Positions 7,373-16,416 are shown, counted from the first letter of the stretch. The stretch: 28,975 nucleotides of DNA from a virus (IMGVR_UViG_3300021255_004131:1-28975); one strand, 5' to 3'. The notes: a model not told the origin generated them from the sequence alone. Made by a program: numbers and translations.

Positions 7373-7804
7373 ATGGCAGGCAGGACGCCGACGGGAGATG
7401 GGCCTTTTGGCCCATCCACAAATTCAGCACATCCGCTGAGGGACGAGTTGGCGATCCGGAAGGGGCGCTCCTCTTACGTCCTTTGGACGGACGAGATGAT
7501 AGGGCGGATGCAGGCGCACCCGGAGAGGACCGCGGCCGAGATCGCCGCGCAGCTCGGCGTGACGCCGTCGAGCGTGCGCCACGCCCGGCAGCGGTATGGC
7601 CGCTTCGCGCCCAAGTGGAAGGTCCCGCTGTGCCAGAGGTGCGGCGAGCACCCGGTGTGGTCCGAGAGCCGCGACGGCAAGCGGTGGGGCCTGTGTCGTC
7701 AGTGCACGCTCGACGAGCGGGCCTACATCGCGCGCAACGGCGGGCGCATGGCCAGGATAGACAACGCGCAGCGCCAGGCGAGGTGGAAGAGCCGCCACAA
7801 GTGA
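7373..7804 (+). CDS. HTH plus zinc-ribbon DNA-binding protein (possible small terminase or late regulator)
   Basis: ATG 7373 follows AGGGGG; alternative starts are 7328, 7367 and about 7496. The HTH-like segment is TAAEIAAQLGVTPSSVRHARQRYG and the zinc-ribbon segment is CQRCGEHP...GLCRQCT. It lies directly upstream of terminase. Confidence 0.5.
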   Translation: MAGRTPTGDGPFGPSTNSAHPLRDELAIRKGRSSYVLWTDEMIGRMQAHPERTAAEIAAQLGVTPSSVRHARQRYGRFAPKWKVPLCQRCGEHPVWSESRDGKRWGLCRQCTLDERAYIARNGGRMARIDNAQRQARWKSRHK

Positions 7805-7825
7805 GGCCGGGCTGACCATCCAAGC

Positions 7826-9547
7826 ATGGGAAAGAGGACGAACAGAGCGCGCAAGACGAGGGGCCGGGCCGAGAGGGGCGCGGCCCCCGCCGCCGCATGC
7901 GCAAACCTGAAGCCGGTGCGAACCGCGGAGGAAGCGAGGGAGCTCGGGCGCAGGGGAGGCATAGCCTCCGGGGAGGCACGGCGCCGGAAGCGCGACATGG
8001 CCGCCGTCGCGACAGCCATCCTTGCATCCGGCGCCAAGGGGGAGAGCCGCGAGGTCATCGCCGCCGTTGCCCCCGACCTCGCCGACGAGGACGCGACCGT
8101 GGCCGCCGCCGTCGTGGCGGGCCAGATAGCGTCCGCCCAGAGCGGCAACGCCCAGTCGGCCCGCTTCGTGGCAGAGCTCGATGAGCGCGGCAGGCTAGCC
8201 GAGAGGCGCGAGGACGCCCCGTTCTGCCGAGACTTCGGCATGCTGCTCGCACCGCCATACGTCGCGCTCCACCGCGCCGTCGAGATGGACGAGGGGCTTG
8301 AGCGCTGGCTGCACGGCGGCCGCTTCTCGGGCAAGTCATCTGTAATCTCGCTTGAGATCGCCTACGGCCTCATGCGCCATCCAGAGCGCTCGGCGTTCGT
8401 CATGCCGAAAATCGGCAACGACATCGAGGGCGGCGTCTTCGAGCAGATGCTGTGGGCGTTCCGCATGCTCGGCTGCGAGGCCGAGTGGACCGCCACGAAG
8501 CGGCCGTGCAGGCTCTCGCGCCCATCGACGGGGCAGGTCGTGACGTTCAAGGGCGGCGACCGCACCGACAAGACCAAGGCGATCAAGGCTCCGGGCGGCA
8601 CATACTATGCGTACCAGTGGATATCGGAGGTCGACCAGTTCGGCGGCATGCGCGAGGTGCGCACCGTCCTTCAGTCGGTGACACGCGACGCGCCCGAGGG
8701 CGCCGTCTACTTCCGCTTCTTCGACTACAACCCGCCCCGTTCGCGCGACGCATGGGTGAACGGCCACGTGGCCGAGGTCGAGGCGGCCGACCCCGCCGCG
8801 GTGATCTCTACGACCTACCTCGACATGCCGCGAGAGTGGGTCCCGGAACAGGTCTACCGCGACGCCGAGGCGCTGCGCGAGCTCGATCCCGAGAGCTGGG
8901 AGCACGAGTGGGGCGGCGTACCCACCGGATACGGCGCCGAGGTCTTTAGGCGCGCAGAGGTGCGCCCCGTCACCGACGAGGAGCGCCGCTCTATCGAGTA
9001 CCACCTCTACGGCGTCGACTGGGGCTTCTCGACCGACCCGTTCGTCTGGGTCAAGGCAGGGTACGTGCGCTCGACGCGCACGCTCTACGTGCTCGACGAG
9101 ATCAGCGGCACGGGCCTGTCGAACGCCGAGAGCGCGCGCATGGTCGCCGACCGCATGTCTAGGCCCCGCCTAGCGGGCGGCGGGCTCGGGGAGCCGGGGC
9201 AGGACGGCCCCGAGGTGGTCGAGGACGCGGAGCCATACGCCGAGGTGCTGTGCGACTCCGCCGAGCCGAAGAGCGTCGCAGACTTCCGCGCAGAGGGCAT
9301 CGAGGCCTCATCCGTGCCGAAGCAGGGCGCGCACAACGTGCGCAACTCGGTGCGCTGGCTTCAGGACCGCTCCGCCATCGTCATTGACCCGTCTTGTGTG
9401 GTCGCGGCCCGCGAGCTGCCATGCTACCAGTACGCGCTCACGAGGGATGGCAAGCCCACGGGCATGCTGCCCGACGCCGACAACCATGCCATAGACGCCC
9501 TGCGTTACGCCGTCGCGAGACTCATAGACGATCCGACGATGGTATGA
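7826..9547 (+). CDS. terL: Terminase large subunit (PBSX/Terminase_3-like) with about 130-aa basic N-terminal extension
   Basis: A Walker A-like GGRFSGKS lies at aa 164-171. Downstream blocks (YQWISEVDQF, FFDYNPP, CDSAEPKSVADF, DNHAIDALRYA) fit PBSX-family TerL. The N-terminus KPVRTAEEARELGRRGGIASGEARRRKRD looks like small-terminase DNA-binding modules. Confidence 0.85.
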   Translation: MGKRTNRARKTRGRAERGAAPAAACANLKPVRTAEEARELGRRGGIASGEARRRKRDMAAVATAILASGAKGESREVIAAVAPDLADEDATVAAAVVAGQIASAQSGNAQSARFVAELDERGRLAERREDAPFCRDFGMLLAPPYVALHRAVEMDEGLERWLHGGRFSGKSSVISLEIAYGLMRHPERSAFVMPKIGNDIEGGVFEQMLWAFRMLGCEAEWTATKRPCRLSRPSTGQVVTFKGGDRTDKTKAIKAPGGTYYAYQWISEVDQFGGMREVRTVLQSVTRDAPEGAVYFRFFDYNPPRSRDAWVNGHVAEVEAADPAAVISTTYLDMPREWVPEQVYRDAEALRELDPESWEHEWGGVPTGYGAEVFRRAEVRPVTDEERRSIEYHLYGVDWGFSTDPFVWVKAGYVRSTRTLYVLDEISGTGLSNAESARMVADRMSRPRLAGGGLGEPGQDGPEVVEDAEPYAEVLCDSAEPKSVADFRAEGIEASSVPKQGAHNVRNSVRWLQDRSAIVIDPSCVVAARELPCYQYALTRDGKPTGMLPDADNHAIDALRYAVARLIDDPTMV

Positions 9548-9563
9548 CGCTGGGAGGTTTCGA

Positions 9564-10982
9564 GTGAAGAAGGTCACCGGTGTGCCCGGCTGGGCAACGA
9601 GGTTTCTGAAGAGGAAGGGCTACGCGCCCCGCAACAGCATGGATGCGCACATACGCGCGTGGTGGAGCTGGTACCAGACGACCAACGGATTCTACGCCGC
9701 CGACAGGCACGACACCGGTCGGGGCGCCGACCCCGGCGGCCGCCTCTCCATCCGCCCGGCGCGCGCCGTGTGCGACGAGTGGGCGAGCCTCGTCATGGAC
9801 GAGAAGACCGCCATATCGTCGCCGCAGACCGACGTCAACTCATGGCTCGCCGAGCGGGCCGGCGCATTCGTCTCAGAGCAGGCCGACAACCTAGCGCTGG
9901 CCTTCGCACTCGGCTCCGGATGCTGGGCGGTCGGCATCGAGGGCGTGGGCGAGGACGGGCGAGGGGCCGAGGCCGAGGCGACCATCGACTTCTACGACGC
10001 GGGCAAGGTGTGCCCGCTGCTCACCGACGGAACCGAGGCGGTGTCGGTTGCGCTCGTCTCACGCTGCCTCGTCGGCGGCGTGACCTACGACCGCGTGCAG
10101 GTGCACGAGCCTGTCTGCGAGACGGGCGGAACCTACCACATCCGCACATGGCTTTTCGACCCGGCCCGCGAGGGCGCCGAGGTCGTGAGCGACGAGGTCA
10201 TCGGTGACCTCGACACGCGCTCGGCGCTGCCGACCTTCGCGATCGTCCGACCCGCCATATCCAACACCTACGAGGAGATGTGCCCACTCGGGGTCTCCGT
10301 CTTCGACGACGCCGTCGACGCGATCAAGCTCGTCGACGCGACCTTCGACATGATGTACTGGCGCTGCCGACTCGGCCTGCCGCGCATCATCTGCGAGGAG
10401 TCTGGAATCAGGGTAGACCCCAAGACCGGCATGCGCGACCTCGGCTCGACCATCGACCAGAAGCTCTTCAAGGCGGTGCCCGGCAAGGTCGGCCAGTCCA
10501 GCCCGCTCACGATGTACGACCCCGGCATCCGCGCAGACGAGTCCGAGACGGCCATGAACGACGCCCTGTCGATGCTCTCGATCAAGTGCGGCTTCGGCCC
10601 CAACTACTTCAGCTTCACCCGCCAGGGCGGACTCAAGACCGCCCGCGAGGTGGTCTCCGACAACTCGGTGCTCTACCGCAACCTGCGCAAGCACGAGGGC
10701 AAGGTCGGCGAGGCGCTGCGACGCCTCTTCGCTGGCGCGTACTCAGCCGAGGTCGGCGTGAGGTTGGGCGCGGCGCCCGATGGCGTCGAGATCGACGTGA
10801 CGTGGGACGACTCGGTAGTTGAGGACGCCGACGCCGAGCGCGAGACGATGAAGGACGACGTCGCGCGCGGCCTGTGCCCGCGCTGGGTCTACGTGGCCAA
10901 GTACTACGGGATGAGCGACGAGGAGGCGCGGGCCTTCACCGGCGAGACCCTCGGCGCCGCCCCCGGCGACTTCGGGGAGTAG
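9564..10982 (+). CDS. Portal protein (SPP1 gp6-like)
   Basis: GTG 9564 follows GGGAGG. It is 472 aa, sits directly after terminase, has an N-terminal W-rich block (HIRAWWSWYQTTNGFY) and an acidic C-terminus. Confidence 0.8.
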   Translation: MKKVTGVPGWATRFLKRKGYAPRNSMDAHIRAWWSWYQTTNGFYAADRHDTGRGADPGGRLSIRPARAVCDEWASLVMDEKTAISSPQTDVNSWLAERAGAFVSEQADNLALAFALGSGCWAVGIEGVGEDGRGAEAEATIDFYDAGKVCPLLTDGTEAVSVALVSRCLVGGVTYDRVQVHEPVCETGGTYHIRTWLFDPAREGAEVVSDEVIGDLDTRSALPTFAIVRPAISNTYEEMCPLGVSVFDDAVDAIKLVDATFDMMYWRCRLGLPRIICEESGIRVDPKTGMRDLGSTIDQKLFKAVPGKVGQSSPLTMYDPGIRADESETAMNDALSMLSIKCGFGPNYFSFTRQGGLKTAREVVSDNSVLYRNLRKHEGKVGEALRRLFAGAYSAEVGVRLGAAPDGVEIDVTWDDSVVEDADAERETMKDDVARGLCPRWVYVAKYYGMSDEEARAFTGETLGAAPGDFGE

Positions 10983-10985
10983 CCC

Positions 10986-12623
10986 ATGGTGGACTTCCAC
11001 GACCGCCTCGCCGCCGACCTCGTAGGAGGGGCGCAGGAGCGGTTCGTGGCCGAGCTGACCGAGCGCGCCGCCCGCATGCTCGCCGACGCCGTGGCGAACC
11101 CTGACCGCTTCAGGCTGCTCGACAGGCTCTCGCCGCTCGGCGCCATGGGACTCTGGGCGGAATGGCGGGACAGGGTGACCGACGAGTGCCGCGAGGCATG
11201 GGAGAGCGCCTTGTCCGACGAGGACGAGCTGCTCGTCTCATCGCTTGCGCGCTATCTCGGGGGCCGCAGCTACGAGACGTACTACGCGGCGAACGTCGCC
11301 GCCGAGGCTGCGCGCGGCATGGCGGAGATCATGAGGCGCGAGAACGTGGCCCTGGCGTCGAGTGTCGAGCGCGAGTGGTACTCCGCCGTCGCCGATGCCG
11401 TCTCCCGAGTCGAGGCTGGAGAGTCGCGCCGCCGCGTAATGGAGGAGGCCGTGGCCAAGCTCGCCTCCGAGGGGATCACCACGATCGACTACAGGACCGG
11501 GACGCGCATGCCCATCGACGCCGCGCTGCGCCGCCATATCGTGACGCAGGCGAACCAGGCGCGCAACGACCTGCTGTGGCGCCGCATGGACGAGTGGGGC
11601 GCTGACCTCGTGTTCACGTCGGCGCACTACGGCGCCCGCCCGTCCCACGCCGTCTGGCAGGGTCGCGTGTTCAGCCGCTCCGGCACATCGAAGGCGTATC
11701 CCTCGCTGGTCGAGGCGACGGGCTACGGCACGGCTGGCGGCCTGTGCGGCGTGAACTGCCGCCACACCATGACGCCCTACGTCGAGGGCCTCTCGAAGCT
11801 CCCCGACACCGACTACGGCGCGCAGGAGAAGCTGACGGGCCTCAGCTCCGACGAGTACTACGCCGCGACGCAGGCCCAGCGCAGGCTCGAGGCAAAGGTC
11901 CGTGCGACCAAGCGCGAGATAGCGATAGGCGAGGCGAGCGGTGTCGACGAGACTCCGGCCCGCGTGCGCCTAGGGGATCTCCAGGGCAGGCTGCGGGACC
12001 ACTGCGAGGCGAACGGCCTGCGCCGAGATTACGGGCGAGAGCGGGCATATGCCGTGCCCGGCACGGTCCAGCCGAGGGCGCTCAGGGCGACCGCATCCGT
12101 GAAGAGGGTGCTCGGGAGAGGCTCCGGCAGCGTCGCTCCCGGCGAGATACGACTTTGCGAAGGCGTGTTCGTCGACAGGCACGACAGGGTGAGGACGGAG
12201 GAGTTCGTGACCGAGACCCTGCAGGGAATCGTTGGCCTCGAGGTCGAGCACGCGGTCGTCATCCAGAGGGACGGGCGCGTGTTCCATGCGGTTGGAACAA
12301 GGGACTCCGTGACGCTCGAGGGGGCAGACCTAGACGGCGCGATCGTGATGCACAACCACGTCCTGCTTTATGGCGAGCCCTGCTCCTTTGGCAAGGACGA
12401 CTACGTCACGCTTAGGGAGAACCCCAAGATAACGCTGCTCATGGCGTGCAGCGGCGGGTATCGGTACGAGATGAAGGCCGGGCCGAAAATCGCCAAGGTA
12501 GGGTATGATGATGCCATGGGGAGAATACCCCTGAGCGAAGTCGATAGGGACGACTTCCAGCACCTGGTAATGAGGAGACTCAATGATCTCAAGGCGATAC
12601 GTTATAGACGGAAAGACCTATGA
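10986..12623 (+). CDS. MuF / SPP1 gp7-like head morphogenesis (minor capsid) protein with extra C-terminal domain
   Basis: The MuF-type block is FTSAHYGARPSHAVWQGRVFS...TGYGTAGGLCGVNCRHTMTPY. About 170 further residues follow the usual family end and contain E..EH...HNH-x8-S-x3-D. Confidence 0.8.
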   Translation: MVDFHDRLAADLVGGAQERFVAELTERAARMLADAVANPDRFRLLDRLSPLGAMGLWAEWRDRVTDECREAWESALSDEDELLVSSLARYLGGRSYETYYAANVAAEAARGMAEIMRRENVALASSVEREWYSAVADAVSRVEAGESRRRVMEEAVAKLASEGITTIDYRTGTRMPIDAALRRHIVTQANQARNDLLWRRMDEWGADLVFTSAHYGARPSHAVWQGRVFSRSGTSKAYPSLVEATGYGTAGGLCGVNCRHTMTPYVEGLSKLPDTDYGAQEKLTGLSSDEYYAATQAQRRLEAKVRATKREIAIGEASGVDETPARVRLGDLQGRLRDHCEANGLRRDYGRERAYAVPGTVQPRALRATASVKRVLGRGSGSVAPGEIRLCEGVFVDRHDRVRTEEFVTETLQGIVGLEVEHAVVIQRDGRVFHAVGTRDSVTLEGADLDGAIVMHNHVLLYGEPCSFGKDDYVTLRENPKITLLMACSGGYRYEMKAGPKIAKVGYDDAMGRIPLSEVDRDDFQHLVMRRLNDLKAIRYRRKDL

Positions 12624-12810
12624 GCTGCCTGAGGCGAGGCTAGAGGACTACGAGCGCCTCGACGATGAGTTCCATGCGGCGCTTCTGAACGTAGAGTATC
12701 CACCCTTGCCTAAAAACTGCTTGAGCAACAAGTACAACGAGCCGTTGCGGAAGGTCGTGCGAGAGTACCGAGAGAAGTTTCACGACCTGCTCGTCGAGGT
12801 CAAGGAGTAA
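12583..12810 (+). CDS. Small acidic hypothetical protein (75 aa) overlapping the MuF gene end
   Basis: ATG 12583. It lies in a lower-GC patch and is followed by a strong terminator. It is a candidate partner or immunity protein for the MuF C-terminal domain (inference). Confidence 0.5.
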   Translation: MISRRYVIDGKTYELPEARLEDYERLDDEFHAALLNVEYPPLPKNCLSNKYNEPLRKVVREYREKFHDLLVEVKE

Positions 12811-12831
12811 CCGCCCAACATCAGCACCGCC

Positions 12832-12857
12832 AGCCCCGCCACGAGCGGGGCTTTTTC
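12832..12857 (+). terminator. Rho-independent terminator
   Basis: An 8-bp GC stem AGCCCCGC/GCGGGGCT with loop CACGA, followed by a T run (CTTTTTC). Confidence 0.8.
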
Positions 12858-12930
12858 ATGCCGTTACCACGCCGCGAACATGCTTCCCGAGCGGGGGAAT
12901 CGCCCCCGAACGCACAGGGAGGGAGCCTCA

Positions 12931-13458
12931 ATGGCAGAAGAGAACGCGCAGAGCGCCGCGAGCGAGGGCGGCAAGCCCCAAGACCACGCGGTCGAGGCGC
13001 AGCCCCAGGACACGAAGCCGGAGGAGGGCGGCAAGCCCCAAGATTCCGGCGGCGTAGAGGGCAACGACCGCACCCCGAACGTCCACAAGCTGGAGCGCGA
13101 CGTGGCAAACCGCGACAAGACCATCGCGGAGCTGAAGGCCAAGCTCGCCGAGAAGGAGAAGGGCGGAAGCGATCTCGAGGCGCGCCTGGCCGCTCTCGAG
13201 AAGCAGGCATCCGACTCCAAGGCCGAGGCGGACGCCGCCAAGGCGGACGCGAAGCTCGCCGCCGCCGGATGTGTGGACTGCGACCTCGCCCGGGCGGTGC
13301 TCGGTGACTTCGAGGGGGACGTGGCCAAGCTGAAGGAGGCGAAGCCCTACCTGTTCGCGCCGCAGGGAGGCAGCAAGGGTACCGGTGGCCGCGTGTCCGG
13401 CACCTCGGACGGGCCCTGCAAGTCAATCCGCGACGCGCTCGCACAGACCAACCGATAG
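12931..13458 (+). CDS. Scaffolding protein
   Basis: ATG 12931 follows GGGAGGGAG. It is an acidic, coiled-coil protein (KTIAELKAKLAEKEKGGSDLEARLAALEKQASDSKAEADAAKADAKLAAAG) immediately upstream of the major capsid gene. Confidence 0.75.
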   Translation: MAEENAQSAASEGGKPQDHAVEAQPQDTKPEEGGKPQDSGGVEGNDRTPNVHKLERDVANRDKTIAELKAKLAEKEKGGSDLEARLAALEKQASDSKAEADAAKADAKLAAAGCVDCDLARAVLGDFEGDVAKLKEAKPYLFAPQGGSKGTGGRVSGTSDGPCKSIRDALAQTNR

Positions 13459-13471
13459 AAAGGCAAATCAC

Positions 13472-14368
13472 ATGGCCATCACTCTCACGGAGCTCGCAGC
13501 GAACTCCACCGACAAGCTCGTACAGGGCTTCACGAACGAGGTCGTGACCGACTCGTTCCTGCTCGGCGCCATGCCGTTCGACGACTGCATGACCGCCTCG
13601 GGCACCTCCGACCTCGTCTACTCCTACAAGCGCGTGAAGACCCCGGCCGTGGCCGCCTTCCGCGCCCTCGGGGCAGAGCCCGTCGCGAGCGTGCCCAAGA
13701 CCGAGAAGAAGACCACCCGCGTGGCCATCCTCTCCAACTCCTGGAACATGGACCGCGTGGCCAAGGACGCCGCGAGCGACCTCTACGAGCTTTATCTCGA
13801 GGAGTCCAAGAACGCGATCATCCGCAAGTTCAACCAGGCCTTCATCTCCGGCGACACCACCTCCGAGTCCGAAGGCTTCGACGGCCTCGCCAAGGCGCTG
13901 AAGGGATCCTCCACCGAGTCAACCTCCAAGACCGACCTCTCCGTCGTGACGCAGGCAGCCGCCCTCGCCTACCTCGAGGAGCTTGACACCATGCTGTCAG
14001 GCCTCATGCGCACCCCCGACGCCCTCGTCATGGGTTCCGCCCAGCGCGTCAAGCTCAACGCCTGCCTGCGCGCCGTGGGCCTCGGCACCCAGACCATGGA
14101 GACCGCCGGCCGCCAGGTGCCGTCCTACAACGGCATCGCCATCCACGAGATGCGAGACGGGGCAGTTGCCAACGGCGACGTCTACGCCTGCTGCTTCGGC
14201 CTCGACGCCCTTCACGGCGTGACGCTCTCCGGCGGCTCCGCAGTCTCCGTGACCATCCCCGACTGGTCCACCCCCGGTGCCGTCAAGTCAGGCGACTGCG
14301 AGCTCGTCTGCGGCATCGCTCTGAAGGCGACGAAGGCCGCGGGCGTCCTGCACGCCAAGGCCGCCTAG
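13472..14368 (+). CDS. Major capsid protein
   Basis: ATG 13472. It is 298 aa and follows the scaffold gene. The N-terminus MAITLTELAANSTDKLVQGFTNEVV is typical of Gram-positive siphovirus capsid proteins. Confidence 0.8.
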   Translation: MAITLTELAANSTDKLVQGFTNEVVTDSFLLGAMPFDDCMTASGTSDLVYSYKRVKTPAVAAFRALGAEPVASVPKTEKKTTRVAILSNSWNMDRVAKDAASDLYELYLEESKNAIIRKFNQAFISGDTTSESEGFDGLAKALKGSSTESTSKTDLSVVTQAAALAYLEELDTMLSGLMRTPDALVMGSAQRVKLNACLRAVGLGTQTMETAGRQVPSYNGIAIHEMRDGAVANGDVYACCFGLDALHGVTLSGGSAVSVTIPDWSTPGAVKSGDCELVCGIALKATKAAGVLHAKAA

Positions 14369-14369
14369 C

Positions 14370-14702
14370 ATGGCCCCCGAGTTGACGTTCGAGGAGTACT
14401 CTGGCGACCTCTACCGCGGGAGCCTCGAGGAGGAAGCCTTCGGCGCGGCCCTGCCGCGCGCCCGCGCCCGCCTCGTCGAGCTTACCGGGGCCGAGGTCCC
14501 TGAGGTCCACGAGCGGGCGTGGAAGGGCGCCCTGTGCGCCGTCGTCGACCGTGTCGGCGGCGCCGACGAGCCAGGAGTCAGGAGCGAGACCGTGGGATCC
14601 ACCAGCGTCACCTACGACGAGTCCCGATATTCCTCGACCGACCTAGATGCCGTATCGCCATGGCTGGTCGGGACGGGGCTGCTCTACAGGGGGCTGGCGT
14701 GA
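14370..14702 (+). CDS. Head-tail connector/adaptor (putative)
   Basis: Call based on position and size (110 aa) directly after the capsid gene; tightly packed. Confidence 0.55.
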   Translation: MAPELTFEEYSGDLYRGSLEEEAFGAALPRARARLVELTGAEVPEVHERAWKGALCAVVDRVGGADEPGVRSETVGSTSVTYDESRYSSTDLDAVSPWLVGTGLLYRGLA

Positions 14703-14998
14703 TGGGCTGGGAGACCGTGACCACCTGGCACCGCGCTGCGGACGGGTGGGCGCGGTCCGTCTGGTCCAACATCCGGGTCGAGGTCTCGCAGGCTCTCTCC
14801 AACTCGGCCGTCGGGCCGGTCCCAGGAGGGGCCACCAAGGCGTTCTTCTTCTCGGCGCCGGAGCTGGCCCCCGGCGATTGCCTCGTGGTCGGTGTCGACA
14901 CCGGGGCGGAGCCTCCAGATGAGGCGCTCACCATCGAGCGCGTCGACCAGTACAGCATGCGCTCCGCGCACCACCACACGGAGGTCACGGCGCGATGA
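14702..14998 (+). CDS. Head closure / head-tail joining protein (putative)
   Basis: ATG 14702 overlaps the previous stop (GTGATG). It is 98 aa, and the call rests on synteny. Confidence 0.5.
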   Translation: MGWETVTTWHRAADGWARSVWSNIRVEVSQALSNSAVGPVPGGATKAFFFSAPELAPGDCLVVGVDTGAEPPDEALTIERVDQYSMRSAHHHTEVTAR

Positions 14999-15369
14999 GG
15001 CTCAGGCTCCGCAGCGTGGACGTCTCGGCGGCCGTGCCGAAGGTGAGGGCGGCAAACAACGCCGCACTCGGCCTCACCGCCGAGAATGTCCTGTCCGACT
15101 GCCGGGAGTACGTCCCCTACGATTCGGGCGCCCTGCAGGAGTCCGGCCGCACCAGGCTCACGGACGGCAGAGCCTACGTGGAATGGGGCGGCGACTCGGA
15201 CACGTCGCGCTACGCGCGCGAGCAGTACTACAACGCCCACAACCACGCTACCGACCAGAACGCGCTGCACGCCCCGAGGGCGTGCGACCACTGGTACGAT
15301 CGCGCCCGCGCCGACCGCGGCGACGCGTGGCAGCAGATGTACGACAAGGCGCTCAAGGAGAGGATCTGA
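14995..15369 (+). CDS. HK97 gp10-like / minor capsid (neck) protein
   Basis: ATGA overlap with the previous gene. The segments CREYVPYDSGALQES...YVEWGGDSDTSRYAREQYYN resemble gp10-type tail-completion proteins. Confidence 0.55.
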   Translation: MRLRLRSVDVSAAVPKVRAANNAALGLTAENVLSDCREYVPYDSGALQESGRTRLTDGRAYVEWGGDSDTSRYAREQYYNAHNHATDQNALHAPRACDHWYDRARADRGDAWQQMYDKALKERI

Positions 15370-15371
15370 CC

Positions 15372-15761
15372 ATGCAGGACATCGCCAAGAGCACGACGGA
15401 GTTCGTGGCGCAGCGACTCGGCGTCCCGTGCGAGTACGGTGAGTTTCCCGGGAAGGCTGGCTGCTGCATGGTCAAGGCCTCGCCCGGCGAGCCGTGGGTC
15501 CGGCGCTACCTCTCGGGGGGCGGAATCAGGCGCTTCGGGTACGAGGTGTACCTGCGCTGCCTGCCGAGGGGCGACGAGGGCAGGCGCGTGGACGCCTTGG
15601 CACTCCTGCGCGGCCTGCAGTCCGCAATCGACGCTGGCGAGGCGCCCGACGGCGTCCCCGTCCGCACCCACGAGGTCACGAGCCTGCCGTCGCAGTACGG
15701 CGTGCAGGACGACGGCTGCGTGGTATACCAGCTAACCGCTTCACTCACCTACATGGCCTAG
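15372..15761 (+). CDS. Tail terminator-like protein (putative)
   Basis: ATG 15372, 129 aa, positioned just before the major tail gene. Confidence 0.5.
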   Translation: MQDIAKSTTEFVAQRLGVPCEYGEFPGKAGCCMVKASPGEPWVRRYLSGGGIRRFGYEVYLRCLPRGDEGRRVDALALLRGLQSAIDAGEAPDGVPVRTHEVTSLPSQYGVQDDGCVVYQLTASLTYMA

Positions 15762-15777
15762 AGAAAGGACACCGACC

Positions 15778-16293
15778 ATGTCAAACCCCGACGAGCAGAC
15801 GGCAGAGACCGCCCGCAAGCCAGTTTCCATCTACGAGATCCAGCACTGGATCAAGTTCCCGGGCGACACCGCCTACACGCAGGTGACCGAGGACACGAAG
15901 GCCGACCCCAGCCGCGACACGAACACCTACGAGCCGACCTACCTCGACCGCAAGGTGCAGCCGAAGTACATCCTCGGCCGCACCGACACGGTCGAGTTCG
16001 AGATCGACGCGATGGCGCCCGGCGGCATCCAGCAGAAGCTGGCCAAGTACGAGGACGAGGCCGACGTGCCCGTCGAGTACGTCCGAACCATCGGCTACGA
16101 CTTCGAGAAGGGCACGGCGGTCGCGCAGACCGCGCTCGTGGCCAAGCACGCGCAGGCCACGCTCAACATGAACCCCTTCTCCGGCGACGACATCGCCCCG
16201 ATCGTCATGAGCCCGACGCTCACCGTCACCACCGACTACGACCTCGGCACCTTCGACGCGACCAAGGGCACTTTCACGCCCGCCGCGGCGTAG
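15778..16293 (+). CDS. Major tail protein
   Basis: 171 aa, located upstream of the chaperone ORFs and tape measure, and followed by a strong terminator, as expected for a highly expressed gene. Confidence 0.7.
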   Translation: MSNPDEQTAETARKPVSIYEIQHWIKFPGDTAYTQVTEDTKADPSRDTNTYEPTYLDRKVQPKYILGRTDTVEFEIDAMAPGGIQQKLAKYEDEADVPVEYVRTIGYDFEKGTAVAQTALVAKHAQATLNMNPFSGDDIAPIVMSPTLTVTTDYDLGTFDATKGTFTPAAA

Positions 16294-16322
16294 GCCTAGC
16301 CCGAGAACAGGCCCTCCCAGGG

Positions 16323-16352
16323 AAGCCCCGCCCGGACGGACGGGGCTTTTTT
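16323..16352 (+). terminator. Rho-independent terminator
   Basis: Stem AGCCCCG...CGGGGCT followed by TTTTTT. The sequence is closely similar to the terminator at 12832-12857. Confidence 0.8.
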
Positions 16353-16416
16353 CTTGCCGTTACCGGGGCCGGAGAATCCATGGCCAAGACATTGGCCCTG
16401 ACGACTGGGAGGAAAC

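Noticed and set aside
12968-13045. Duplicated GAGGGCGGCAAGCCCCAAGA (EGGKPQD twice) in the scaffold gene
   Set aside because: A short in-gene duplication in a disordered N-terminal region, with no independent signal.
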